Source: a virus (Duplodnaviria; Caudoviricetes). Taken from it: a stretch of DNA of 60,585 nt. Location of the stretch: positions 1 to 60,585 of IMG/VR virus record IMGVR_UViG_3300031518_000001. One strand, 5' to 3'. Under the pieces are notes generated by a model. The model ran no database searches. It was given only the letters and a program-made list of their open reading frames with translations, and had not been told where the DNA came from. Below, in pieces: positions 39,936-50,400 of this stretch. Position 1 is the first letter of the stretch. The number at the start of each line of letters is the position of its first letter. The position numbers and the translations under genes are program-made.

Positions 39936-41630
39936 CTAACTCATTTTTGAAACAAAATCGGTAATTTTGGTATATCCTGCTAAGTTCATTTGACGATATA
40001 GTTTGTGTTTATAATTCTGTATTTCCTCAGTTATTATTGAATTTACGGCCTTACCTTTAGCCACTAAATCCAATAAAACATAATGAACAGAGGCTACAGC
40101 ATCGGCTATGTCTTTGGAGGAATTAGGAGAATGATCTATTTTGGGTTTGAAACTAGCCCCTACGATTTTATAACGCAAATTAGAAAGCTCGTCTATCAAA
40201 AGTTGATTTCTAGTTATGTTTATTGTTCTATCTATGATAGCTTTTTTTAAGCTAAAATATATACTTGGGTTTTGATCTACAGATATTGTTTGGGTTTTGA
40301 TTCTAGTCTTTATAGTAATATCTTGAAGTAGTTTATAGGATTGGTATGTGTCGGAAGTTACAATTGATATTTGTCTTTGCTGGGCTATTTGCGTTATTAA
40401 TCCCTCTATGAGGTGCATAGGTATGTCGTCGCCTTCGTTGTGGATACCAAAAGCTATGGGGATATAGATAGTAGTTTCATCATACCAGTAACCTATGGCT
40501 ATACCAGTGTTGTCCCCACGTATAGATGTGTCTATATGTACAGCTAGTGGTCTATCAACGGGTAACGCGGATAGTATAGGTTCCAGTATAGTGTCCATTT
40601 GCATGACACTCACCAAATCGTTAGTAACTCGCGGAAGGTTCATAACTGTACTAACTATTTCGCGTGTAAAAAGCGAGTTTGGAGGCCTCACACTAACACC
40701 AGCTAACGATATCAGCGCCTCGTAAATATTAGTGTTAAACTCTTTCTCAAACTCTTTTGGCACCTCTATTATACGATCAGGTTCATACTTGCTTAATTCC
40801 TCAGGTGTCACATCCTCCTTATCGCCTATTATCTTAGGCTCTCCTACGATGCCGCCTGTATAGACCCAGATAGAACCTTTCTTAAAGAACAGCCCTGTAT
40901 GTGCTTTGGCTTCCCACTGCGACATACGAACTGCATAAAAATCTTCAGCTCTGTGCCCTAAAAAATCTACAACACTACCCTCGTAAGATGCAGAAGTGTC
41001 TATAATAATATTACCTAAATAGTCCTTAGCGGCTAAAAATCTGGATTTGAAACGATTATAAGCTTGCTCTAATTTAAACCTTATGACTCCCTCGTTGACA
41101 AAGTTAGCTTCCGAAAAAACATAAAAAATCACATCACCACCTATGGAAGAATTGCTCTTAGAACCATCAGCTTGAAAATCTATCGGAATTGGCTTCAAAT
41201 CTTTTTCTAATCTTAGCTCTCTAAGCTCTTGAAATAAATCATGATTCTCAAATATTTCCTTAACATACTCTAAAAACTCAATACGAGATTTTTCTATCTT
41301 TACATGGAAGAAAACAAATTGAATAGGCTTTGTTATGAATAAGTTAAATGCTTTCAAATCTTTTAGACAGAGTATCTTATGAGCAGTGTATAACGCTGCG
41401 ATTTTTGAAACAGTAGACTTACCAGTCCCGATAGCACCAGTTAGAAGGATATAATTATGAGCCGTGTGTATCGGGTCGGGGAAAAGTTCGTGTAAGTGTC
41501 TCATCCATGCCGGATAGATAGAACCTTCTAAACCCAGACGAGCTACAAACTCGTCTATTGTAAGTGGCATGTTAAAGAAACCAGCTCTCTTGGCCTCCTC
41601 AACTAGTGCTGTGTCAAAAAGCATACCCAC
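39936..41630 (-). CDS. terL: Terminase large subunit
   Basis: YPAW, LTGAIGTGKS Walker A, IIDTS, nuclease HIDTS..DNTG, SDTYQS, KIDH..SSKDIADAVA. Confidence 0.88.
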   Translation of the reverse strand: MGMLFDTALVEEAKRAGFFNMPLTIDEFVARLGLEGSIYPAWMRHLHELFPDPIHTAHNYILLTGAIGTGKSTVSKIAALYTAHKILCLKDLKAFNLFITKPIQFVFFHVKIEKSRIEFLEYVKEIFENHDLFQELRELRLEKDLKPIPIDFQADGSKSNSSIGGDVIFYVFSEANFVNEGVIRFKLEQAYNRFKSRFLAAKDYLGNIIIDTSASYEGSVVDFLGHRAEDFYAVRMSQWEAKAHTGLFFKKGSIWVYTGGIVGEPKIIGDKEDVTPEELSKYEPDRIIEVPKEFEKEFNTNIYEALISLAGVSVRPPNSLFTREIVSTVMNLPRVTNDLVSVMQMDTILEPILSALPVDRPLAVHIDTSIRGDNTGIAIGYWYDETTIYIPIAFGIHNEGDDIPMHLIEGLITQIAQQRQISIVTSDTYQSYKLLQDITIKTRIKTQTISVDQNPSIYFSLKKAIIDRTINITRNQLLIDELSNLRYKIVGASFKPKIDHSPNSSKDIADAVASVHYVLLDLVAKGKAVNSIITEEIQNYKHKLYRQMNLAGYTKITDFVSKMS

Positions 41631-41823
41631 TCTGCTCTAACGATGTAACAAACGCTTTGATATGATGTACGATGTCCCTTCTAATAAATATAGTGCTCCC
41701 CTCACGATAATGAGGTATACTATATAACTTAATAACTGCATCTATTTTATAAACAGGTATACTTAACATTCTAGATGCCTCGTAATTAGTGATGTACTTA
41801 GGTTCTGGTTGTATGATGTCCAT
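41614..41823 (-). CDS. Small HTH DNA-binding protein (excisionase/MerR-like)
   Basis: YITNYEASRMLSIP..IPHYREG..IFIRRD. Confidence 0.6.
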   Translation of the reverse strand: MDIIQPEPKYITNYEASRMLSIPVYKIDAVIKLYSIPHYREGSTIFIRRDIVHHIKAFVTSLEQSGYAF

Positions 41824-41824
41824 A

Positions 41825-42436
41825 TTAGAAAGTGAATGCGGGTACTACGTTCAGGAGAGTTTTGTCGTGATGTTCGTAACCAAAAGTTAACGTTACTGTT
41901 TCTCTTGCTCCAGAAGGCTCCGTCGGAGTATCGTAGTTATAATCGTAGCTCATAAACAATAATGTGTAAAAATCGATTCTCTTGACAGGCTTACGACTAG
42001 AATTGAGAAAATAAACTTGAAAAACTGGTATCATAACATCTTCCTTTCTAAGCTGGAACTTATACCTATTGGCACCACCTGCACTCATAAAGGATAATGC
42101 CATAGCGTAAATAGTCTGATCTTCAAAGTCAATCAGCTCCCACGTTACAGTCCCATCACTTTCATAACCACCATACTGCTTTATATGAATACCACGAATA
42201 TTAACATCGACATTACCAACTAAATCCTTTTTGACTTCTAAGGAAAGTGTTTTCATTCTATGCTTTATAACATCTAAGCCAGGCCAATATACAGCCCTCG
42301 GTTTTACAGGGATGTCAATGTCCCACATGTGCTGCCATAAGAACTCTTTGCCTCCGCCAGAAAGCTTAGGATACTCAACGAAACCTAAATAGCCCTGTGT
42401 AACCCCAAGCTGTGCGAAATCAACAAAGTTGGCCAT
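41825..42436 (-). CDS. Tail tube protein (T4 gp19-like)
   Basis: Size and pattern (IRG..YGG..GTVTWELID..VYFLNS..TVTLTFGYEH); GTATATTT at 42441-42448. Confidence 0.65.
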   Translation of the reverse strand: MANFVDFAQLGVTQGYLGFVEYPKLSGGGKEFLWQHMWDIDIPVKPRAVYWPGLDVIKHRMKTLSLEVKKDLVGNVDVNIRGIHIKQYGGYESDGTVTWELIDFEDQTIYAMALSFMSAGGANRYKFQLRKEDVMIPVFQVYFLNSSRKPVKRIDFYTLLFMSYDYNYDTPTEPSGARETVTLTFGYEHHDKTLLNVVPAFTF

Positions 42437-42499
42437 GAATAAATATACCAACTACTGCTATATTTTATCATACGGACATGTTTCGACAAATTCACAATT

Positions 42500-42550
42500 A
42501 TGAAGGAGATTATAGACCTGTATAATCTTTGTGTTAATCTATTTGACTAT
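42500..42550 (+). pseudogene. 5' fragment of a paralog of 42776-43087, cut by relic E
   Basis: MKEIIDLYNLCVNLFDY vs MKKIIELYNLCTNLFDC; both have TTTCGAY-N12-ATG. Confidence 0.8.
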
Positions 42551-42713
42551 GCGGACTGCTCAACCTTTTGCAGTTGAGCTTCCTGCTTCGTCGCAGGATG
42601 GCTTTTTAGGTAGCCCGTTGAGGCTACGGTCATCCACCAGAGCCTGCTCCGCAGGCTTGACTTCGGGTCGTCCTAACCCTATAGGCTTGGTTTTCGCCTA
42701 AACAAAATACTAT
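42551..42713 (-). mobile_element. Best-preserved gene-less IS200/IS605-type element (TnpB omegaRNA/right-end-like), relic E
   Basis: agggttaggacgacccgaagtcaagcctgcggag..ggtggatgaccg..aaaaagccatcctgcgacgaagcaggaagctcaac..gttgagcagtccgc resembles tnpB 3'/right-end sequence; several intact hairpins. Confidence 0.75.
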
Positions 42714-42775
42714 CGAAATATGCCAAATTACATTAGATTAGCGTATTAATTATCCATTTCGATAAGCTCACGACT

Positions 42776-43087
42776 ATGAAAAAAATTATAGAGCTGTACA
42801 ATCTATGTACCAATTTGTTTGATTGTTTGGATCAGGGTAAGGGACGATATTATATGATGTCTTTTGCCGGCCACATCGACGATGTCGTGCGCCTATACTA
42901 CAATTGGTCGGCAAAAAACGTTGCTCAACTATGGGTCAAAAGTGCCCTAAATACCTATAATAACGATACACTTAAAAAATTCGGCATTCTATTAAACGAG
43001 GCCATAAACGGAGACTGTAGTAAAAGCGACCCGATTCTACAAAACATACTATTCCAAATCAATAAAACATGCAATCAGTCTGATTGA
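42776..43087 (+). CDS. Hypothetical protein
   Basis: ORF with TTTCGAT-N12-ATG. Confidence 0.75.
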   Translation: MKKIIELYNLCTNLFDCLDQGKGRYYMMSFAGHIDDVVRLYYNWSAKNVAQLWVKSALNTYNNDTLKKFGILLNEAINGDCSKSDPILQNILFQINKTCNQSD

Positions 43088-44451
43088 CTATGGACTAAAC
43101 TATCTATTACTAGTTTAACAAGCCTATCATCTATTACATCCTCTTTTTTATCTGTCCTCATGTTTTGTAACATATTATACCTCTCTCTTTCATCTATCAC
43201 ATCTACTATATAGGCTAACGCTAGCCTAAGTGACGGACTAGTTAGCGCTTCTAGTAGCTTGCTTATACACAAACTTTCTTTATTATCCAGAGGTTTTTGC
43301 TTAATTGCTTCGTAAATACTTTTGTTATATAAGTATCTTATATCACTATCTTTTATGCTACTAATTACTTTCTTAATCCACTGCTTATATTGCGCTTCTG
43401 AATCAATAGACTTATACTGTCTAGTATATATATGTGTAGTTATTAGCTGTTTTTTATGTTTTACTGTCTCTTTGTCATAAATACCAGCTTTTATAGCTTC
43501 ATCTACATCCTTATAAGGCGTATTAAGGAGCAAGTATACGATTTTGTTTTGCAGCATAAAGTATCGTGCTGCTTTCAGAGAAGCTCTATATCCAGAACGA
43601 TCAGTGTCTAAAACTAGGTTTATCGTATTGTATTTATTCAGTTTAGACAGCTTCTTATCATTTATATTCAATCCTAGCAGAGAAACAACATTAGTTATAC
43701 CTATACCATAGAGCGCGATAGCGTCAAAGATACCTTCGGTTACATAAATCTCAGTATTCTGATCATAAGGGTTATAGTTATAAACAACATCAACAAGTGA
43801 CTTATTCGGTTCGGCGGAATATATGTACTTATACTCTGAATTGTCGCTAATGCTTCGGAACATAAATGTTACAATCTTATTGTTCTCTATAATAGGAAGA
43901 ACAATGAAGCTGTTTTCGGTTACCTTAGGGAAGCGCATGTGTTTAATTCTTGACTCGCCATAAAGAGCTACCAGTTCTTTATACATCTGTGAATTCCATA
44001 GGCCAATCATGAACTTATTTATAATAGTAGTTATAGTATCTTGTTTTAGAAAGGAAAATCTTTCTTGGAGATATTGGAAACTGTCGGACTCGGTATTTTT
44101 GAGCAGCGCCTTAGAGAGATAATTAGCTATCTGCCGCTTGAAGTATGAAGGGTCTTTCTTAGTCTTACCATCTTGGTCAGTCGGGATATTATATCTATCG
44201 CATAAGATTTTAGCAGCTTCTGAATATGAGACTTGTTCCATTAAAGCTACAAACTTAATAACATCACCACCATGCCCAGATGAAAAACATTTGAATATGT
44301 TTTTATCGGGTAATACAAAAAAAGATGGCTGAGTTTCGCGCTTAAACGGTGATAAGCCTCTATATTGACGACCTACTTTCTTAAGATCTACACCATAAGA
44401 CTGGACAACATCAACTATTGAGATACTATTTCGCAACTTTTCAAAGTCCAT
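43075..44451 (-). CDS. dnaG: DnaG-type DNA primase
   Basis: GLSPF..PSF..FKCFSSGHGGDVI N-terminal domain; TOPRIM VTEGIFDAI, LDTDRSG, KDVDE. Confidence 0.92.
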   Translation of the reverse strand: MDFEKLRNSISIVDVVQSYGVDLKKVGRQYRGLSPFKRETQPSFFVLPDKNIFKCFSSGHGGDVIKFVALMEQVSYSEAAKILCDRYNIPTDQDGKTKKDPSYFKRQIANYLSKALLKNTESDSFQYLQERFSFLKQDTITTIINKFMIGLWNSQMYKELVALYGESRIKHMRFPKVTENSFIVLPIIENNKIVTFMFRSISDNSEYKYIYSAEPNKSLVDVVYNYNPYDQNTEIYVTEGIFDAIALYGIGITNVVSLLGLNINDKKLSKLNKYNTINLVLDTDRSGYRASLKAARYFMLQNKIVYLLLNTPYKDVDEAIKAGIYDKETVKHKKQLITTHIYTRQYKSIDSEAQYKQWIKKVISSIKDSDIRYLYNKSIYEAIKQKPLDNKESLCISKLLEALTSPSLRLALAYIVDVIDERERYNMLQNMRTDKKEDVIDDRLVKLVIDSLVHSQSD

Positions 44452-44453
44452 GT

Positions 44454-47400
44454 TTAGAATTGAACTCCTACGTATTCGCCGTCACCACTCCCACCACCAC
44501 CCGAAGGTCCCGAGCCACCACCCGAAGGAGGATTTTGTGCAACAGCCTTCATGTAGCTTGAAGCAATATTCGCAAAAATACCTCCATTACTAAATACATA
44601 CTCTGCTTGATGGTGATAGTCTATGTCGTGTTTATTCCTTACCATAGCTGGGAATGCATGCTGCGCAAAACAACTGTTTTGTAACAGATGTTCATAACTA
44701 TATGTGTGAGTTAATTGTGCAGATGTATCAGTCGAAAACGACAGATGCTTCTGGTATGGTCTAATGGTTATGTCTTGATACTGAGCCTTATCTACTGTGC
44801 CATCGTTTGTGCGTAAAGCAGTATAGAGTCTAAGGCCTATTTCTATAGTATAAGACATCGGTGGGGCACTATATGTGACTTCCGGCACAGGATTACCGAG
44901 GAACTTGTAGATATTATCAGACTTACCGAATATGATAAAGTTAGGGTGAGGCAATGGATGCCCTTCGTATAGGCTATTACCGTCTTCTCTATACAGGAAC
45001 ATGTTGCCTAAGAAGTAATCTACTATTGTAGCTTCATAGTGTAGCCCATGCGACGTTATCATGTGGTTATTACTTACAGGTACGCCGTACTCGTGTGTCA
45101 ATTCGTCGCCCGTTCTTGTGAGAGGGGCTGTGTTCAAACCGCACTGAATACTCCAGAGGCGCGTCATTGACGGCTCCGCTTCCACAAGATGGTAAAAGTT
45201 AGCCACAGAAGCACCAGTCCCCTGTTTGATGATTGCTTGGTCGTATCCGCCATACGGACGCATAAATACATTAGACCCAGCACGATAGCCATATGGAATC
45301 GTATCATTACAGAAAGCTGAATTACCAATCGAAGCACCACTATCCATGTAGTAAAACTCCGGAACCGGATTATCTAACGACTTACCTAAGTGGTCAAAAC
45401 TATATAAATCATTAGACCATTGCCTGTCCCCACTAGCATTTACTGTAAGACGGCCAGGGCTGGCCATATAAATAGCATCCGCAATTACAAAAAGATTTAC
45501 ATTACTTGTTGTTTCATAAGATTGTGGATTAGAACTATATATTTTACCATTTTCATAAAGTTTTGGTCTAATAAAAACTCGTCCGGTGTCCAAATAAAGT
45601 GGATCGTACATATAATGTGAAATCGTGTTGGCTCGTAAAACGGGTTGTTTGATACCTCTATAATCTCTCGGTGTACGAAACATAGCCATATAAGAACGCG
45701 CAACACTCCAATCCGAAGACCAATCTAGCCACGAGTACCATGAATAATCTATACGGTGAGTATAGTTCCATATATTGTACCTTTTAGTATTGTAAGTCAT
45801 ATTAAATGCTCTTGGTACTAGCCCAGATGAGGTTACACCTAGTATATTATGATTACCCAATTGACATGATTGATCAGGCTGTCCAGCTACATCTATATAA
45901 CTCATTTGGCTAAATGCATCTACTGCTATACAAAAATCCCAGTATCTATGGCCACGCCACATAGAATAATTTTCAATGAATAATGGCACTACGCTTAAAG
46001 CCAAAAGGTTATCAAGAATGTTGTCATCAGACCAAAGATCAATGTCCATCTCCCTAGGAAAGCGGAATAACATGTTAATATCATCACCTAAAAGCTTAAT
46101 TGCACTCATACTACGGAAACCAATAGCGTTGGTAGATTTAGTTATTGGCCAATAATTACTGAAATTAACAATACTAAACGGCAGTGGATTACGAACCAGA
46201 AAATCACCATAAGCTGTATTATACTCGAATCTACCAAAGCCGTTAAATTCAGTGTAAAACAATTCACTGTTAGGAACATTAAACTTAAATCTTAAACCAG
46301 CATTAGGTGATGTGTTATAAAACATATCAAATGTAAAACTCCTTTTGTATACATCATTGAAAGGAGTTTGCATTCTGTTACTTACTATAACATTATCAGG
46401 ATTTATGTTATAAGTACTATTTGTGAATATTGAATTAGCAATTTGTATATCCGACTGTTGGGTAACATGATGGGCATTATTAAAAAATGTGCTAAGCCCT
46501 TTGTTTTGAAATATTGGTGTTGGCTCAATATCGCTTGCGAATATTGCTGTTCTATATAACGATAATCGTCTAGTGGATAAACTGGTATTAAAGGTATAAA
46601 ATACTGGAACATAAGTAGCTTCAGATCTAAGTATTTGTGGTTGTACAAACAGTGAATCTGCCATTGGTGCTGAGACATTATGATTGATGACATAATTGCT
46701 GCTATTGAGCACGAAGTATAGACCACCAAGCCATTCGAAAGGAGCGACTGCGCCGCTAAAATTGCCATTGACTACACGAATATCATAGAATGACGCACTA
46801 CGTACAAAAGGATTACTTGCACTATAAGCGTGGTCAATCATATTATAAGTGGTAGTAAATATCAGGTCTCTTTTAGTCCAGTATAGACTTTGCACTTGAT
46901 TAATATTGTCAGATAGTAATCCGAGCATTACAAGAATTGCGTATAGGCTGCCAAAATCAAGCCAACTGGTAGACTTATCATATCTATCGTAATTAAACAA
47001 TGTTTGAGCATTTAATTCATACAAATCATAATATTTTGGTTCTAAAAGCGCTTTTATCGTATAATAGTGATGTGGTGAAATGAGGAATTTTTTAATATTT
47101 ACATTTTCTTCCCTCATGTTAACCTCAGTATGTTGCATATGGGGCCAGTGTTTTTTATATGTTATAGTATCACTTGGGTTGTCTATTAAATCCACATCGA
47201 ACCTTAGTTCGTGGACGACTTTGTTATTATAAGCTGATGAACCTAATACATGAGACAAGTACAGCATAGTATGGGTTGGGTTGCCATACATGCTAAGAAA
47301 GAAGGTTTGTGGATTGTGTAGCTGTAGAAGTCTTCTGGTGTAGTCTTGTCCTCTGATATTGCGAGGGTAGCGTAGTTCGTATATTTGTGTTAACATCGGT

Positions 47401-50400
47401 AATGTATTAGTGTACATCACCATGTGGTTTAGCCAGCGACGCGGCACTGGCAAGTGTTGCGTACCAATAACTGCGTCGTCATACCAAAACCCGATTGCCC
47501 AGTTGTGATATGACCATTTATCGTAAGATAGACCGCAAGCCTCAACAACAGCCCCTTCCGCAAAGGATCTCCCTACAGGCAAGCTGAAAATAGAAACACT
47601 AGGATTAGTATTCTGTATCTGGTATGTCGAATAACGTGGATCCTTAGTAGCCGTAATAACTAAATCTCCCACAAACCAATTATCTATAACAGCATTAGGC
47701 CATCGTGTAGTATCGATAAAACTACCCAAACCAGCACTACCCACGCCTGTATGACGATCAGGATAAACCAGAGGGTTGGTGTTATTTATGTTAACCCAAC
47801 TAGGACTATAAATGTCTATAGCGCCATATGGAACATATGCAAGATAATCGTTCATGTACAAAGAAGCACACCCTAGCGCTTCCTTCTGATATATGTATAC
47901 TGGGTCTATCACTAATGGTTTGGGGTATATAGTTAGTACATCAATTAAATAAGGGTTTCTAGCCCATAATATAACTCTTTCATTGCGCTTTATACTTGTA
48001 GTAGTATGGAATAAAGATCTAGGGGATTGAATATAATTCGCATATGGTAAGGTATTACTCGTGCCTATCGTTAAGTTGTTTACTTCTACTTGAATATTGC
48101 GACTAAAATTAGTACTGTCAGATAGTAAATTAGTTGTTTCACGTGCTGGCAAGTAATACTCGCCGAACTGACGGTCCGTGTATTGGGAATAGTTTCTCGC
48201 CCCAACAGCACCAGCGGGGCCTACACTATAAGCATGGGTAGCATTATATCCTAACGGCATTACACCAACGCTTACCCTAAGCTTATCTATCATTGGCATT
48301 TTAACACGATATCTATATCTTCTAACACGTCGATAGAATTGAGATAAGACTTTATAGTTATTATATACAAAATAGATGTTAATCTTGTTAGCTAATTCAG
48401 ACCTAATATAGTATGGATTACCAACAAAGAAAAGCGCTTTAGCGGAAACGCTTTGATTAAGCATAAGATTAAACTCTATCTGGTTCTTAGGTATATAGAT
48501 ACCCTCGTTGGGTAATGGAACATAAGAACGATAATGATAAGACTGTAATAATAAATCTTCGTAAATAAGTCTACTCGTCATATGAAAGTGAAAACGAATA
48601 TTATTAGTATTGTTAGTAAGTTGGTTAAGCGCATAGTCGGACATTATACCAAAATGCGCATATATTGGTCTTTTAGCTACATCACGTTCTAAGAGCATCT
48701 TGGTACTAGAATAGGAACCACTCAAGTTATAGTATTGCATAGTATATATGTTACCCGTATTATTTAGCTTCTCTATGTTGTTTATTGTATTTGGAGAATA
48801 AGCAAGTAAGCTTAAAAAGTTGCTTGTAACTTTCGTATTTTGATCTTTGGGATGACCTAGTACGCCTATTCTATCTAGACGATAGCTTGTATGTTCTTCG
48901 TCGTGAGCATGAAAATAGAACATAAGCATATCGTATGCCATTGTGTCAGTTCTGTAGTATTCATACAATTTACCAAGAACGAGTTCTGAGGTTTTGAGAT
49001 ACGGGCTAGTCCCAGCTAAAAAGTTCATCGCACCAGCCATAGCTAGAGCAGAACGGTTGTTTTCCAAAAAAGTCATGAAACTGATATCTCTATCGACCAT
49101 TGTGACATCGTAATAAGTCCAAGCTCTGTAGAGAGTATTAGACAAATTGTTCAGGTCAGGCGAGTAATTAGGATTACCGTAATCGACATCGTCCTTTTTC
49201 AAATGCGATAACATAGCCGATAGACTCATAGCCATATTGCCGTTTACATTTGAGTTAGAATGATTAAAGTCGTATTGACCATCAATGTAGATACTATACA
49301 TCGGCATACCTCTGTTTTTGTAGCCAAAGTTCTCAAGCGGGTACTTATACAAAGTTTTAGAATTTTTCAATACATCTGGTGTTAATGTTTCTCCAACTGA
49401 TTTCTCATTATACTCTGCTCCCAGATCCGTAAAAGGATAAAATACTCTTACATATGGTATGCCATAAGATACAAGTGGATAAAATTTCTGAGTTCCCACA
49501 TATACTAGATTTAGCTTGGCTACTGACATGTAAAAGGGTTCATATTGGTATTCTAAATTAGGATTTTCAACTTCACTATTGGTTAAAAGTACGGGATAGG
49601 CTACAAGATAATATAACTCAGGCGGTATAAAATGCTTTAGCGCCAATTCTTGATTAAAGTGTACTTTACTAAATAGTGTATTGGTCATATCTTTTTCTTC
49701 ATAGTAGAAGTATATGGGTACGTTAGATAACATATACTGTTGCAGGTAAAAAGAGCCGCCTAGTGGTGTGCCGTATGGTGGTACGTCAAAACAGACATAG
49801 TTATTGATGTATAGGAATTCATCCGACAACCAGCGACCGTAACTTTTTCTGCTTAGGTTAACATTTTGTACTACTATGCTACTTTCAGGTACTTTATGTT
49901 CTTTATAAACCTTATGAACGGCAAATAATGGAACGGGGGGATGAAAATTACTAATAAGCATATTATAGATAAGACTCTGTGGTATTTCAATTGCCGCAGA
50001 AGTCTTCAAAACCATTTTGTCAAATACATTAGTGCCATATACATCACTATTAACGGACAGTCGTGTCGGATTAGTATTGTTAGGGAATACTCTTGTATAT
50101 TTATTTATCATTAGTCGGTTATCGAAACCGCCGTTGGCAATGTGACTACCGTATGGTCTTTCATAAGCAATAAAATCCTTGTAAGGACACACAACGCGGC
50201 CATAACTGTACCCGTATTCTGAGTTAACACTGAATCTGACTAACAATTGTAACAAATTGCCTAATCCAAAGTGTGTTATAAACCGAAATGCCATTATAGG
50301 TGTAATTATGTTTTGTTTATCAGAATATCTCATCCAGTAACCGTATCCTATAAATGGCGAGAACGCAGCCCTTTGAGCATTTAAATGCATAAGATTCTCG

